Positions 50,250 through 64,000 of a DNA stretch of 64,000 nucleotides are shown one piece after another. The first letter of the stretch is position 1. Each line of letters starts with the position of its first letter. Both the position numbers and the translations under genes were made by a program. The notes beneath the pieces were generated by a model. It was not told where the DNA came from and ran no database searches. It saw nothing but the letters and a program-made list of their open reading frames with translations. This stretch comes from Octopus bimaculoides (Eukaryota): the NCBI RefSeq assembly GCF_001194135.2, contig NC_068983.1, forward strand, positions 112,539,951 through 112,603,950, written 5' to 3'.

Positions 50250-52860
50250 TGTTATAAGTTTTTCTTCACTCAGTATTGTTTCCATTTCTTACTGTGTGTC
50301 TTCCTGACACCTAGGGCAAAGAAACTCAGTGTATACATTTATAGACCAATAAAATAAGCACACCAGATTGTTCATTTACAAAATCAAGATATATGAAAGA
50401 AAAGGGAAAAAAAAAGAAAAACAGCAGAAATGTAAAGATGTACTAGTTAAAACAATCTTTTGTACTTCTTGCATGGATGGTAAGCCTAGACTCATTCTCG
50501 AATAATTTTCAGTTCCTTTTTTGACTATTCCTAACACTTACAACACTCCTACAATCACCTCAAGATGTCTCATTTTTTTCAATTTCAATGAGAAAAGTTT
50601 TATATTTTCCAAGTTTGTCAAATTCTTATGCAGAGATATTATGATCACAAAGAATACTCATGTCAATCAATAAACAGACTTTATTGTTTTGGTCTTTCAC
50701 AACAATATTAGCTTTGATGGAACTGTCAGTATGTACTGGAAAGTCCCAAAGAATCATTGCATTTTTTCCCTCAGTTACCACCTCAGGGCAGTGCTTATAT
50801 CACTTGTCAACAGTTTTGACTTTATAATGCTGATATATCATTCAGTTTAGATATTGTCCAACTCTGTAATATCTTGATTCATACTCCACCAGTAGTAAAA
50901 TCTTACATCCAGAGATTAGGTAAAGATGATCCACATCTGCCTTTGGGTGGTGCATCTTATTACAAGTCAGCTGCTTATGTATTTTTCTGTTAATTTTCTT
51001 TATTTCATTGATATTCCAGTTCAACAATACATTGAAGCTGTAAATAACAACTGGAGCTGCTAAGGAATTTATGTCTAACATCTTGCTGTGTGCATTCAGG
51101 ACTGCTTGAACTCTCCTATAACACTCCTACCTAATCTTCTCTTTCATGCTTGCATGCTGAATATCAGGGCCTTTTTTTATTCCTAAATATTTATAAGTTT
51201 CTTCTTGCTCAAATTCTTTTATAATTATATCAACATCTAACATGACTGAATTTGAGGTCTTCAGTATCCTTTTCTTGAAAGTAGCTTTGGCTCATTTATC
51301 AAGACCAAACCCAATGTCATTACTGAATACTTTCACAGTACATAATAGGCCTTCAAGCTCATCCTTTCTTTTGCCATAGAGTTTTAAATCATCCATATAA
51401 AATAAATTACTTTTTTTTGTTGTTAGCTTTATACCCATACTCAGTTCTGTTAAGTTCACTTGTAAGGGGTATTAGAGCTCTGCAAAAACTTGGAGGTGAA
51501 AGGGAGTCACTTTGGAAAATGCCACAGTTGATTTTGATATTATGTGGAGACAGTACTCCATCTGAGTGATATAATTGAAGATGCATATTCCACAATGATA
51601 GATGCTTCAGGAAGTTTGAAATTACAAGAGAAATTTTGAAGATGTCCAGTGATTCTGAGATCCATGAATGTGGTATGCTATGAAAAGCCTTTTTGTAATC
51701 GATCCATGTGGAACTGAGATTTTTGCACTTGTTGTGACAGTTCTCAAGGATCATGCAATAAATTAGGAGTAGATCTTTGTGTTCATATGAGCCTCAATGG
51801 CACCATTTTTGTTCAGTGGGGAAAATACCACTCTGTTCCATAGATGCATATGTTTTCTCCATGTGGATGGATGCTAAAATTTTATACGTAGTGGATAAAC
51901 AGGTTATGGGATGATAGTTCTTTTGAACTTTGGTTCTATTATTCTTTGAGAGCAGGTAAATAATACCACTTGCTAACCAATCAAGTGTTTTCCTAGGATC
52001 TCTCATGATTTCACTGAACTAAATTTTTGTACACACGGAAGTGAAGCAAGCCAGAAATTTGGCACCCCATCTTTACCAGGGGGTTTCCACTTATGAGCCT
52101 TCATGAGTAGCATCCTTAGGTCTGCTATTGTAATGTTTTCCTGTGCTTGTTCTTATAAATTTTGGTAGGATCCTTCTGTGCATCTAATCCAGTCTGCAAT
52201 TTTATTGTATGTCTTCTCCTCACTCTAAATCTTTTCCCAAAAGTTTTCAACTTCTTTCATGGGAGGCAGGTCTTCAACCAATATTTTCTCCTTTCCTATT
52301 TCTCTGTAGAATGTTTTGGCCCTGGATGTGTACAATTTATTTTGCTTGTAAAAATTATTTCTCTTCTCAAATTTTTGTATTCTTTGAGTTTTTGCATGGG
52401 CATTTTGTTTCAGTTTTTCTTTTGTTGATATCAGTTCTTCTCTTTGTGACAATCTATATTTTCTCTTCTTCCTTCCTGTTCTGGATCTTACATGATTTCC
52501 AAAGATTAGTTCATTTAATATTGATGTTTCCTCTCTCATTAATTCAATATCTTTTGTAATCTTGCTTCTCTAGTTTGGATTTCTTCCCAAGTTTGTTTTT
52601 CTTTCTTTCTTTTTTATTTATTTTTTAGGCATACAACTGGTTTCAATTGCCTTAGCAGATGCATAAATAATTTCCTTTAACTCACTAAGATCAGGTTTTA
52701 ATTCTTCTATGATTTCTTTTGTTACATATTTGACAATTTTAATTTGCTATTTATTTTGGCCTGTATTTGAGAGTTTATGAAGTGGTTGTCTATCATTCAA
52801 ACTTGCATGTCTTACAACTTAAAGCTTATTCAGAATTTTCTGTTTCATGTCTATCATAGA
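50250..52860 (-). mobile_element. Decayed, near-complete R4/Dong-clade non-LTR retrotransposon (RT + restriction-like endonuclease)
   Basis: NYHPITCLSTTYKIL, WIDYKKAFHSIPHSW, GIFQSDSLSP, FYMDDLKLY and YKYLGI (RT); ILWDFPVHTD...LLIDMSI...GKYK (endonuclease). Flanked by TAA-type microsatellites. The 3' end is duplicated at 50025-50150. Confidence 0.9.
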
Positions 52861-52861
52861 A

Positions 52862-52867
52862 TTTCTT

Positions 52868-52900
<33 letters not shown>

Positions 52901-52910
52901 ATTATTATTA

Positions 52911-52989
<79 letters not shown>

Positions 52990-53000
52990 CATCATTATTA
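52862..53000. repeat. Compound (TTC)n-(TAT)n microsatellite
   Basis: Directly visible. Confidence 0.95.
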
Positions 53001-53004
53001 TTGA

Positions 53005-53500
53005 GTGATGAGAGAGCAGTGCACGCCATCAAAGAGACACTGGAGTAAAATATACGAAGCCCACTATACCCATCATGATAAGGGTATCAGTCTGATAAGG
53101 GTAAACTAGGTACATGCATCACAACTACACGTGCATGACATGGTGATCTCATATCAAGATAAATAACACATGGTCTTGCAGGTGGAGTCCAGTGAGAATT
53201 TTCTTTAGGTTGAATAGCCCATCTTGCTCAAAAGGACCCTGAATAAGTTTTGTTTAAGGATGTTGAACAAAATAACCATGTTTCCAGAGGTAAATTATCA
53301 AACCCCAAAGAATTCCTCTCAGCACATGGCTATGATACTCCCCCACTACTTCTGCTTGTGATCAGAGATGCGCATAACATCAGCCACTAAGGGACATGCT
53401 CAACTGGTTAAGGTCAAACAACTGACAATCAATTCTGTGGTATTGATCTGCATATTTGCTGTAGCCCATTTTCTATACTAAGATAAAACAATGTACATAA
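53005..53500. mobile_element. Unclassified interspersed repeat between two (TAT)n tracts
   Basis: GC-richer ~500-bp block between microsatellites; recognised as a repeat by context only. Confidence 0.35.
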
Positions 53501-53564
53501 CACTTCAATTCAGTGAAGATCAGAAGCCATGAAAGCCACTATCTGGCACTGCATCAGGGCATTT

Positions 53565-53935
<371 letters not shown>

Positions 53936-53962
53936 ATTATTATTATCATTATTATTATTATT

Positions 53963-54037
<75 letters not shown>

Positions 54038-54048
54038 GCTGCTGCTGC

Positions 54049-54085
<37 letters not shown>

Positions 54086-54312
54086 ATTATTATTATCATT
54101 ATTTTCTGATTCCTGTAGTTGTTCCTTCATCATAATGCAAGGATCTATTCCCTGTTTCTAGGGCACCAATGGATACATTGTTATTTAATGCAGAGTACCT
54201 TTCTCTAAATCTTTGTACTTCAATAATTTTGCTGTGACTTTTGTGGATGTATTTCCCTCTGAATGAATTGCTATATCTAGTATTAGCCATTTCTTTCTGT
54301 TATTATCCTTGG

Positions 54313-54366
<54 letters not shown>

Positions 54367-56380
54367 CATTGGCAAAATACCTTGCACATTTTGTCAGGTG
54401 AACTTTACCATTCATCCTTCCAGAATATAATGGTTTTGACTAGTTCTGACAAACAAATTCTCCACCTTGTTCCAATGTTATAAATTGTTATTACATGCAG
54501 AAAATTATTAAGGCAGAGGTGTAGTTTAATTTTAACTTGACAATCAGTGAAATCGTAGATTTTTAAGTCTTTGGTTTTGGTAATAAAGAAGATGAAGCTG
54601 AAGAAACAGAAGAATGGAAACAATATCATATCTTCTACAAGAAATATATGATTATTCATACAGCCCTACCATCATTATCAATGTTCAAAATGGTCATAGT
54701 TAACAGAATCAGCCAAGTGTCTGATAGAATACTTTGCAGTATTTAGTTACATCCTTTTAGGATCTGAGTTGAAATTTTACAGAATTCAGCTGCTTGTTTT
54801 CTTTATGGCATCAATTAAATAAATACATGTCAAGTACTGAGGCCAATGACATTGACTTCATTCCTCTCCCAGAATTTTTCCTGTTGTGCTTATGTTAGAA
54901 TTCATTTTTTATAAAAAGAAGCTAGCAACGAGAATATACAACAGACTATCCAAAATTGATTCTATGAAAATTACTTATATACTTTCAAATTAAAGACATG
55001 TTATTAGGCTAACAAAAGACATAATGGATAAAGATAACAGACAATAGTTAATGTCTTGTAAACCTTAATTAAATATAGATTATAAACATTAATGACCACT
55101 AGGGGATGCACAAGCAGTGTAAGAGACCATCTCTTCTCTAAATTCTTTACAAAATCTTTGGCCTTAGGTCTTTGGTTAAGTAAAATTTAAGAAGAGAAAA
55201 ATTACTAAGGTAGGTTAAAGAAATTTAAATGCAGTCTGTTTTGATTGGATTAGCATATTTAGAGAAAAAAGAAACTATTTGTACAAGAAGAAAAATCAAT
55301 ATGGGTATATTGACTTCTGTTTAGATGGGTAAATGAATTATCCAATTAAATATTTCTAGAAGCAACTTGTAATATCTGTGATGTATTGAATTTAAGTACA
55401 GAGAAATTTCGAGCTTGAAATTTGCATAAATTCTATGTTATGAAAGAGATGTGTATCTTCATACATATGTCAAATACTCACACACTACTGCATATATGGG
55501 TATTTATTAATTGGAAGAGGTTTATATAGTGGTAGACAGAAAATGCTGAACGAAATGCCTTAGAATTTCAAGAGAAAGATTTGTTATTAATTACTAGAAG
55601 AAATTTTACATCATTCACTCTTAATTGAAAATGGGTAGGAAAACAGAAATCCGTCAAACAAAATTCTCCACCTACAACTATAAAGAGGAGATGTTTATGC
55701 TGTGATTATGCTGATAATGAGTAAGACAAAGTCCAGATGTCAATGAATATCATACATTCAGCCTGTGTGGGAGTTTAATTATACTGTCAAGAATAAGGGG
55801 TTTGAGAATAATGGATTTTTTCTCAGAGGTTATAGGTTGTATCAAGTGAATTACTTTAGAGATATATGTTGTCTCATCCACTCACAGTTATCTAAAAACA
55901 CCCACGTAAATGATCTTCCCACACACCGTATACATTACATAAGGAAATAATAAAATCCTTTTTCTTAATATCTGCTACACTCTTTCCCCTAACTGATAGA
56001 TCAGTCTAAAAATATGTTACAGCAAATGTATATAAATGATTATGAGATAGTATTTATGACTAACAGTATGTAGCAAAAATGATAATAACAAAGATGATGA
56101 TAGTAACAAAGATGATTGTCATGATGTTGATGTTGGTGAGGATGAGAATGGTAATGATGCTGTTATTGACAATATTATGCTGACAGCAATGAAAATTAAA
56201 AATTTATATAAAGACACCCATATCATGAAAGAAAATGTTAATGATAATTTCAAAGAAAAATTATTGGAACTGAAGAGAAAATAATTTCATATTAACATAA
56301 TTGTATAAAAGAAACATGCTTGTATCTTCACATGTCTGATTAAGTTTCTTTAAGAAAAATATTCTTAAAGAATAGCCCAC

Positions 56381-56492
56381 TTTCTTATTTTCAATGAAGC
56401 CACCCACACTTATTTTACATATTCTAAATTTAAGCCAATGTGTCTTTGGAAATCTGTCAAACAAGTTTGCTGTAGCATCAGTAGCATTAACT
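56381..56492 (-). CDS. Candidate 112-nt exon (VNATDATANLFDRFPKTHWLKFRICKISVGGFIENKK)
   Basis: Acceptor ctatttacag|A (phase 2, matching the 61744 candidate) and weak donor AAA|GTGGGC (phase 0, matching the 49155 candidate). Lies in the frame of ORF 56261-56464. Confidence 0.18.
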
Positions 56493-57169
56493 CTGTAAAT
56501 AGATTTCTACATTTAAGCACACTCAATAAAGATTATAGATTCTCTTGGCCAGGTAAATGGCATTTCAAACACAGGTGTATTTCAAAAATAACAATGAAAG
56601 GAAATAAATGGGGAACATTATTGATTGTTTCAATAGGAATATATATATATACACATTTGTAGGGAGAGTATAGTTGACTAAATTACACACACACATACAG
56701 ATGTACACTCACACACATATATATTTACATATATAAATACATAAGCATGCACAAACATGCACACACATACTTATGTATGCACATGCATACATACATACAA
56801 AGATACTGTGTATGTATGTATGTATGTATGTATGTATGTATGTATGTATGTACGTATGTATGTATGCACAATGATCATCTTTCAGTTACTGTGTGTCAGA
56901 TTCACTGACAGATCGTTGGTCAGCCCAAGATGAGAAAGAGTGGGACTGAACCTGAAATCATGTGGTTGGAAAGCAAACTTCTGAACCACAGAGCTTATGG
57001 CTGCACACACACACATGTACACAAATATGTATATGCACACAAATGTGCATGTTCATGCACACATATATATATATACACACAAATGTGTACATTCACACAC
57101 ACAGACATGTACACACATATACATGCACATGAATGTGTAAATGTGCACACACATATATATCATAAGCGT

Positions 57170-57330
57170 CATCCTCATCATTATCATTCAAAATGTACTA
57201 GGTTAGCATGGGATGAACAGTTTGACAGGATCTGACGGGTTCAAAGACTGCATCATATGCCAATGTCTGCTTCAGCATGGTTCCTACAGCTGGATGCTCT
57301 TCCTAACACCAACAACTTTACAGCATGTAC
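57170..57330 (-). mobile_element. SINE-like family A degenerate copy
   Basis: ttcctacagctggatgctcttcctaacaccaac. Confidence 0.65.
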
Positions 57331-57599
57331 TCAAGTGCTTTTTGTTCTATTTTCACTAGTGAGGTAATCATGCAGGTTGCAAGACTATGACCCCTAGAGT
57401 GGGGTGTATTTACACTAGGAGATGAGGGATGAAAGTATGAGAGGAGGAGCCAGAGCAGAACAGGTTTCCTGTTGTAGAAGCGCTACATGATAACTAACAT
57501 TTTAGAAGAAAGGATGAGAAAGATTGGATGGAGCTGGAGTTAAAAAGTATGGATGGACACTCAAGGTATAAAGTGAGTGGGATAGAGGAACAAGGAGTG

Positions 57600-58500
57600 T
57601 TTGTATGTGTTGATGGAGTTTGCAAGAGTATATCGTTGAGTGAGAGCTGCTCCTAGTATGTACTGCTCCAGCGATTCTATCACATCAAAGTTTATGTTCT
57701 TTATTAGTCTGCCTATGATTCCATGACATCTTTTCTGTGTCCATAGCATATAGTGAGCACAAAGTATAAAGTTTATATCTACTCTTTTCTGAATATCAAG
57801 CAAGGCCATTTCCTTAAAGATACTACGGTCTTATCTTCTTTACTACCTATTAAAATTTTCGTCTTTGCTAAGTTTATCTTAAGAACTCTTGATTCTGCAT
57901 TTAGTTTGCTTCCAAGCCTGAAATTCTCTTTTTAAGTCCTCTATAGATTCAGCTAAGAGAACTAGATTATCAGCATAAAGGAATTCTAATGAGTATCCAC
58001 TCATAAACCCCTCTCTTATGGCCTGTAGGGCAAAGGGATATGATGAAATGATGAATATGAGAGGACTAAGGACTGAGATCTGAGACTTGATGAACTCCTA
58101 CATCATCATCACCATCGTCGTTTAACGTCCGCTTTTCATGCTAGCATGAGTTGGATGATTTGACTGAGGACTGGTGAAACCAGATGGCTACACCAGGCTC
58201 CAATCTGATTTGGCAGTTTCTACAGCTGGATGCTCTTCCTAACGCCAACCACTCCGAGAGTGTAGTGGGTGCTTTTATGTGCCACCGGCACGAAGGCCAG
58301 TCAGGTGGTACTGGCTACGGCCATGCTCAAAATGGTGTATTTTACGTGCCATTCATTACTGAAATTATTGGAGACTCTCTTTTTACTTTCTACATCCTTG
58401 TGCATTGCAGAAACAATCCCCTCAAGCCATTCATATACAATTAATTTTATCAGTGACCACCAAATAACTGAACATGTTAAACCTTCAAATGCCTTCTCTT
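57600..58500 (-). mobile_element. RTE-clade LINE RT fragment interrupted by a SINE
   Basis: EKAFEGLTCSVIWWSLIKL...EWLEGIVSAMHKD (58345-58500), then SVLSPLIFII...EFLYADNLVLLAES...KINLAKTKIL (57780-58075). Confidence 0.85.
58100..58345 (-). mobile_element. SINE-like family A copy
   Basis: catcatc...gtttaacgtccgcttttcatgctagc...gagtgtagtgggtgcttttatgtgccacc. Confidence 0.85.
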
Positions 58501-59364
58501 CTAGTAATGTATGTATGTATGTATGTATATTTGCTGAAGATAGCTTGAAACCATGGTATCAAATGTCTAGTGGTCTACTTTTAAATTCTGACAAGATGTA
58601 CTTCTTGAAATGTAGAGATTCAGGAAAATTCCCATTCCTCAAATTTATGTATTTGTTGAAGGTTCTCAAGTTTCTTAATGAACACTATATTAATGAGTCT
58701 AAAAAATTTCAGTGTGTTCTCTTGAAAAACTGTATTTATTAAAGAACTTGAGAATCTCAAGATTTTTAATAGACACCTGTCAAGCATTGGACCTCATTGA
58801 GGCAATGTGGCCAATACTGGTGTCGTGTAGCTGGCATACCCAAGGCTGTATGGGATTTCAGGGTAAATAAATATACATGAAACCCCACCCATTTTGCCAT
58901 CCCTCCAAACTGGATAAATTCTTCTTTGGGTATTGATTATATGCATTATGCATAAAAGACACGTCCCCATAAATTTATGCTGGATTCCCTCAATACACAG
59001 ATATATGTGCAATACACATATTCATAACATCACCTGATTCACAGAAAAAATACACACACACATGCACATGATTTTATTTTCAACCCCATGGACTACGTCT
59101 GATGTCAAAATCTGTGAAACTTAACAATTATGTGCACACACTCAAACACAAACAAAATGCATAATGCCCACCATTCCAGTGCCAGCACATTCGTTTTGAC
59201 TATATCTAAAGGAATCCTTACACATCTTGTTGCATAATCCTACACAATTACTGGATCTTTCTGATTTGACAGACACCATTTTTTATTTAGTTTTAAATTT
59301 AGTGTGTTTTCTACCGAAACACTTTAAAACTTCGTATACTTGTATATTTTGTCTTATAGAACAG

Positions 59365-60153
59365 AGAAAAACTTTTATATTCGAAGTTATTTCATGTTAA
59401 AATTGTCATATTTCAGTAATTTCAACCAATCACTGACGTCTATTCAGCTGAATACAGTTACTGCTGTTCTTTGTCAACAATAATTTGTTCGGTATATATA
59501 TCGTTAGTCCCTGGTAATCCGCTTGAATTAAGCACCAGTTATGCACTGGGATTAATATAATTGACTTACTCCTTCCCTCAAAAACCAGGCCTTGTGCCTA
59601 TAATAGAAAGGTTTATTAGCTACTGCCAATATGCTTGAATTACACTATTCTACTTGTTTCAGTTGATTGGATAATAGCTAATAAGGGAATCAAGCAAAAA
59701 ACAAAAGTTGAAAGAAAGGGCTTCCAAACAGTTGCTTCATTTCCTAGAAATAGCAGCCAAATCTTCCTCAAATCAAACTCAACCATCATTTAGAAAATGT
59801 CCTACTGAGTACACAGTACATAGAAAATTACTGAAAAATTGTTGAACAGATTTTCACCAAATTTGGTAAAAATACTCATAACCCTAACCCTAACCCTAAC
59901 CCTAAAACCCTAAAGCTAAAACCAGTACAAACGCAAGAACGATGTCATAAGTAACAGTACCGCAGATAGTTGTTGTTGACAAACAACGGCAGTAATTTTA
60001 TTCTAGGGAAAAGATCCCATTACACCACCAGAATGTGTTGCTGACAAACCACAGCAATAATTGATTTCACCTCAATAGACATCAGTGATTGGTTGAAATT
60101 ACCAAAATATGACAACTTTTAACATGAAATAACTTGGAATATAGAAACTTTTC
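59365..60153. mobile_element. Inverted-repeat element carrying (CCCTAA)n
   Basis: The arm gttatttcatgttaaaattgtcatatttcagtaatttcaaccaatcactgacgtctatt (about 59386-59444) is mirrored at about 60074-60133. (TAACCC)x4 lies at about 59879-59904. SINE fragments are nested inside. Confidence 0.75.
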
Positions 60154-60699
60154 TTAACAAGGCTAAGAGAAAAAGATGTTTTATATGACACATTCTACCA
60201 GTATCCCAAGTTTGAAAGTGTTTCGATAGAAAACAAATGGTGTCTGCCAAATCAGAAGGATCCCAATTACTTATTAAGGAACATGAAGCCTTCTCCATAT
60301 GTAAACACAAATTCTTTTGGTCCTTCATGTTCTTTCAGAAGTCCAAGTGGAAAAAAAAGCTAACACTTAGGATTATCACTAACCTCTAACTTAGGCATAT
60401 TACTTATCTGCTACTGCCACACACATAACCCTTTGCTGTTATTAAATAAACATACACCATGAAACGTTCTCCACATGTATGCACAGTCTTTAGGTCCTTC
60501 TAGTTCTTCCACAGGTCTTTGGAATATAACTTCATTAACACTATGGATACTCAGTTCTTAATTTTAAATTCTAACTTCATTTTTAATTTTTATTTTAATT
60601 TAAATTTATTTAATTTTTAATCTCACATTTACACTTAATCATTTTTATAATATCAATCTTTAACTTTAGTTTCAAACCTCAAATCTTAATTCATTTGCT

Positions 60700-61330
60700 T
60701 GCTGGTATTGCATCTATTTCTAGCATTTATAGAACTAAGAGTGCCCTAACTCCCTCTTCCTCTGTAGTAAAATTGACTACCTATTATATCTAATGTCTAT
60801 TATCTTTTTTATGACCGCTTTGTTACTTTCACGCTCCTCCCATTGATACATCTGTTTTATTTACCCCTTATCCATCTGTTTTTAAACTCATGCCCCCTTC
60901 ACCTCCCTGGACAGGAGTACCACTCATTGTACTGATTAGTATATATCTAATACATAGCTCTTATCTACCTACTTTTCTCCTACTAGACTGTACTTTCTCC
61001 TCTTGGGATTTGTCCAACTTTGGAACTGCTAGCATCTATTTTTACACCTTACAATAGATTACTAGCTAACAATTCTCTTTGACCATGGATTTACCTAACG
61101 AATACCCAATCCCACTGGATCTAACTGGACTCATTCGGATATCTCCTCATTCTCTGGACTCAAGGAACCACAACTATTATTGTTGATGAACTTTTATTCC
61201 TGTGTTACATATGTTTAACCTATTTCTATCTCTCTCTCTCCAATGACAATCTACTCAGCATATGGACTCTTTGTTCTACATGATGTCCCAATGACTGGGA
61301 TATCTCAGAAACTTGTCAGAGTCTATTGGT
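60700..61330 (+). mobile_element. Possible Penelope-type terminal region
   Basis: CT-rich tract ending tgatgtcccaatgactgggatatctcagaaacttgtcag, reminiscent of Penelope ends. No protein motif seen. Confidence 0.25.
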
Positions 61331-61743
61331 ACCTTTCATTATATAACGAGATTAAATTTAATGTCCTCGTCAAGTTTTGCCAATTTGTTTGCCTCTCCTT
61401 TTTACTTTGATATATATATATATATATGTGCATATATATACTTACACACACATACACACACACACACACATGCATGTGTATATGTGTGTGTGTGTTTGTG
61501 CGTGTGAGTGTGTGTGCGCACGTATGTGTATGTGTTTGCATTTGTGAGTGTGAGCATATTTTGTATGGAGATGCATGTGTACATACATGTGTATTTATAA
61601 ACCTAGACATGCACAAGCATTCTCACATATAATAATCAGGGAATTAATCAATCCATGGTGAACACAGCTCCTTGCAAAGATTCCAGGGCCAACGAGAAGA
61701 TGACAAGATTTAAGGTAACAATTAAGATTTCTTTATAAGTTAC

Positions 61744-61808
61744 CTCCCTTGATCTGTATATTTATTCCCAAATCCTGTACAGCCTTGTGTATCTTCATAT
61801 ATTCTCAT
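61744..61808 (-). CDS. Candidate 65-nt exon (MRIYEDTQGCTGFGNKYTDQGR)
   Basis: Acceptor cccatttccattttag| and donor GAG|GTAACT; only phase 0 is open. YEDTQGC resembles the D(T/S).C motif near the start of ANF domains. Confidence 0.3.
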
Positions 61809-62814
61809 CTAAAATGGAAATGGGCATGGGTTGGGTGTGGAAAGAGATATGAGTTACTTCTGATTTGTTACTTCAGAAAGGGATTCATATAAGGTGTTGT
61901 GGGAGTGTGTATCACTTAGGGAGGACATGATAAGTGATAGCAAAAAGGGTTGAAAGATATAGTGAATACAAAGAGTATAAGAGAAGGAATCATAGTTAGA
62001 AAAAAAAAAGTAAACAAATAAAGGAAGGAAAGAGAAATATGCAGTTGTTTTTAAAAAATAATTTAAAGTTTAATATACAATTACTTTGATATGTTATAAG
62101 TAGTATTGATTATCCATAGTAAGGAATTAATTCTATTTATAAAATCATTTTAAAAGAATTCAGTGCTCAATTATCCCATATATTTTTAGTAAGAATATAT
62201 AGCTTGGCCAACAGTGTGTTTTGAGAAACACACCAAATAACTACTTTAGATTTTTTTTTTTTAATTTTGAAAATATAAACTAAACTTCTCTTAGGAAAAA
62301 CGAATTAAGACAACTTTTCTCAATATTGATTATTTTCTTTAATTTTCATTCTCCATAAGTGTCACACATTGAAAGAAAGAATTAATTTACAAAAGCAGTA
62401 ATTTTTTATTTTATTTCTAATATCAAATGAAATAAAGAATCTAATGAGATAACTGACATTAATTGTGACAACAGCAAATAGATTACCAGACTAGAGCTAG
62501 GAATTTCTGAACTAGTGAAGCAAGCAAGCCATCACCGATTCATGAGATATAGTGGCTATGAGGTTAAAGAGCTAAACTAATGAACATGTGAATAAATGGT
62601 CATTAGTTTAAAACACACAAGTCAGTTATATCACTAAGTCTGTTATGTATCTCTTATTGTTTCAATTTGTCTGGTTAAAAGGAAATAAGAAATAATGCTG
62701 GGACTTCATGATAGTATGATTAACTAGAGGAAAGCTAGTCAGCTACAAAAATGATAGCTCCAATAAAAATATTTTCAACTATTCTGCACAATAGATATAT
62801 ATTCTTACTTTTAT

Positions 62815-63450
62815 TTGTTTGAACCATTGGATTGTAGCATGCTAAGGTGCTGTCTTGAAAAAATTAGTCAAACAGATCAACACCAATAATCATTTGTCAA
62901 ATCTGGTACTTATTCTATTAGTCTCTTTTACTGAACTGCTAAGTTATGAAAGTGCAAACAAACCAATACTGGCTGTGAAGTAGGGATAGTGTTGGTGGTG
63001 GTGGTGGGGAGCAAACACAAGCACATAAATACATCATATGACAAGCTTCCATACAGTTTTTGTCTACCAAATTCACTTGCAAGGCATGTGAAGATGCGTG
63101 GCTTAGGGTGGTTAGGGTGTTGGACTCGTGATTTCAAGATTGTAGTTTTGATTGCTGGACTGGGTGATGTGTTGTGTTCTTGAACTCTGCACTTTATTTC
63201 ACATTGCTCCAGCCCACTCAACTGGCAAAAATGAGTAATCCTGTGATGGTCAGGCATCCTGTCCAGGTTGGTAATTTACATGCCATGGAAACCAGCCCTT
63301 ATGACCCAAGAAAGTAACTTTACTTACTCACAAGGCATTGGGTTGGCCTGAGGCTATAGTAGAAAATACTGGCCAAGGTGCTGCACAGTAGGACTGAACC
63401 TCAGACTGTGTAGCTGCAAAGGGATCTCAGTTACAAAGCCATGCTTTCAT
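62815..63450. mobile_element. Nested SINE fragments (family B minus, tRNA-head SINE plus at about 63095-63290)
   Basis: Family B tail and head flank a plus-strand tggcttagggtggttagggtgttggac...tttcacattgctccag element. Confidence 0.6.
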
Positions 63451-64000
63451 CTAATCATACCTTTGCATAGCAAGATAAAATCTGAAACTATTTAGCTTCT
63501 ATTGCTAATGACTCTTAGATAGGAACAAATGTAACAACTTCATTTCCTTAACTTTATGATGATACAAAGAATAATTAATACTAATGTTATCTGAATTAAA
63601 CTATTGATAAACTTTGAGTTTAGAAGACAGGGCAAAGCCTTTGTTCAATTCTTCTTTTCTTTCTGCACCATCAGTGCAAAGGTGACTTCCTTGAGGAGTA
63701 CTATGTGCTTATCATGGAATGTTATGTGAGAATACAAAAGTGATATTGCCTTCCTTTCAGTATTTTAGCCAAGTCACCTCCTTGTTGGTTAGATACACAC
63801 AAATTTTGTTATACCTGCCAGAGCATTCAGAACACAAAGAGCCCGAACAAACACCACAAAGTTTTTATATCCTGTGCTCTGACAATTCCTTCAATCTATC
63901 ACCCTGGACTGGCACTTTATTTTATCAATTCCAGAAAAGATAAAAGAAACAGCTGACTATGACATAATTTGAGCTCAGACATGAAAAACTGGAACAATTA

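Noticed and set aside
58269-58742. 157-aa plus-strand ORF
   Set aside because: Composite of SINE, antisense RTE and microsatellite sequence.
59879-59910. True telomere or chromosome fusion site
   Set aside because: Only about four units, located inside an inverted-repeat element.

Overview
AT-rich animal genomic DNA with six N-gaps. The repeat families, microsatellite load and TTAGGG repeats look like a cephalopod, probably Octopus; this is inferred from pattern recognition, not a search. Most of the window is intronic or intergenic sequence with decayed transposons: RTE, CR1-like and R4/Dong-type LINEs, Penelope-like elements, a Ty3/gypsy remnant, a Helitron 3' end, mariner and hAT derivatives, and at least four SINE-like families. 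One host coding exon is well supported (41234-41902, minus strand, phase 1-1). It encodes the C-terminal half of an ANF-receptor (natriuretic peptide receptor / receptor guanylyl cyclase-type) ectodomain. Several small minus-strand splice-bounded ORFs may be further exons but are low confidence. I found no transmembrane, kinase or cyclase exon, no prokaryotic features and no CRISPR array. I cannot confirm a new biological system. The best leads are an array of diverged ~320-bp units in both orientations at 25.2-26.4 kb, two ANF-like ORFs just downstream of the main exon, and several long intronic hairpins. All protein similarities were judged by eye from recalled motifs. Repeat boundaries are approximate unless a target-site duplication (TSD) is given.
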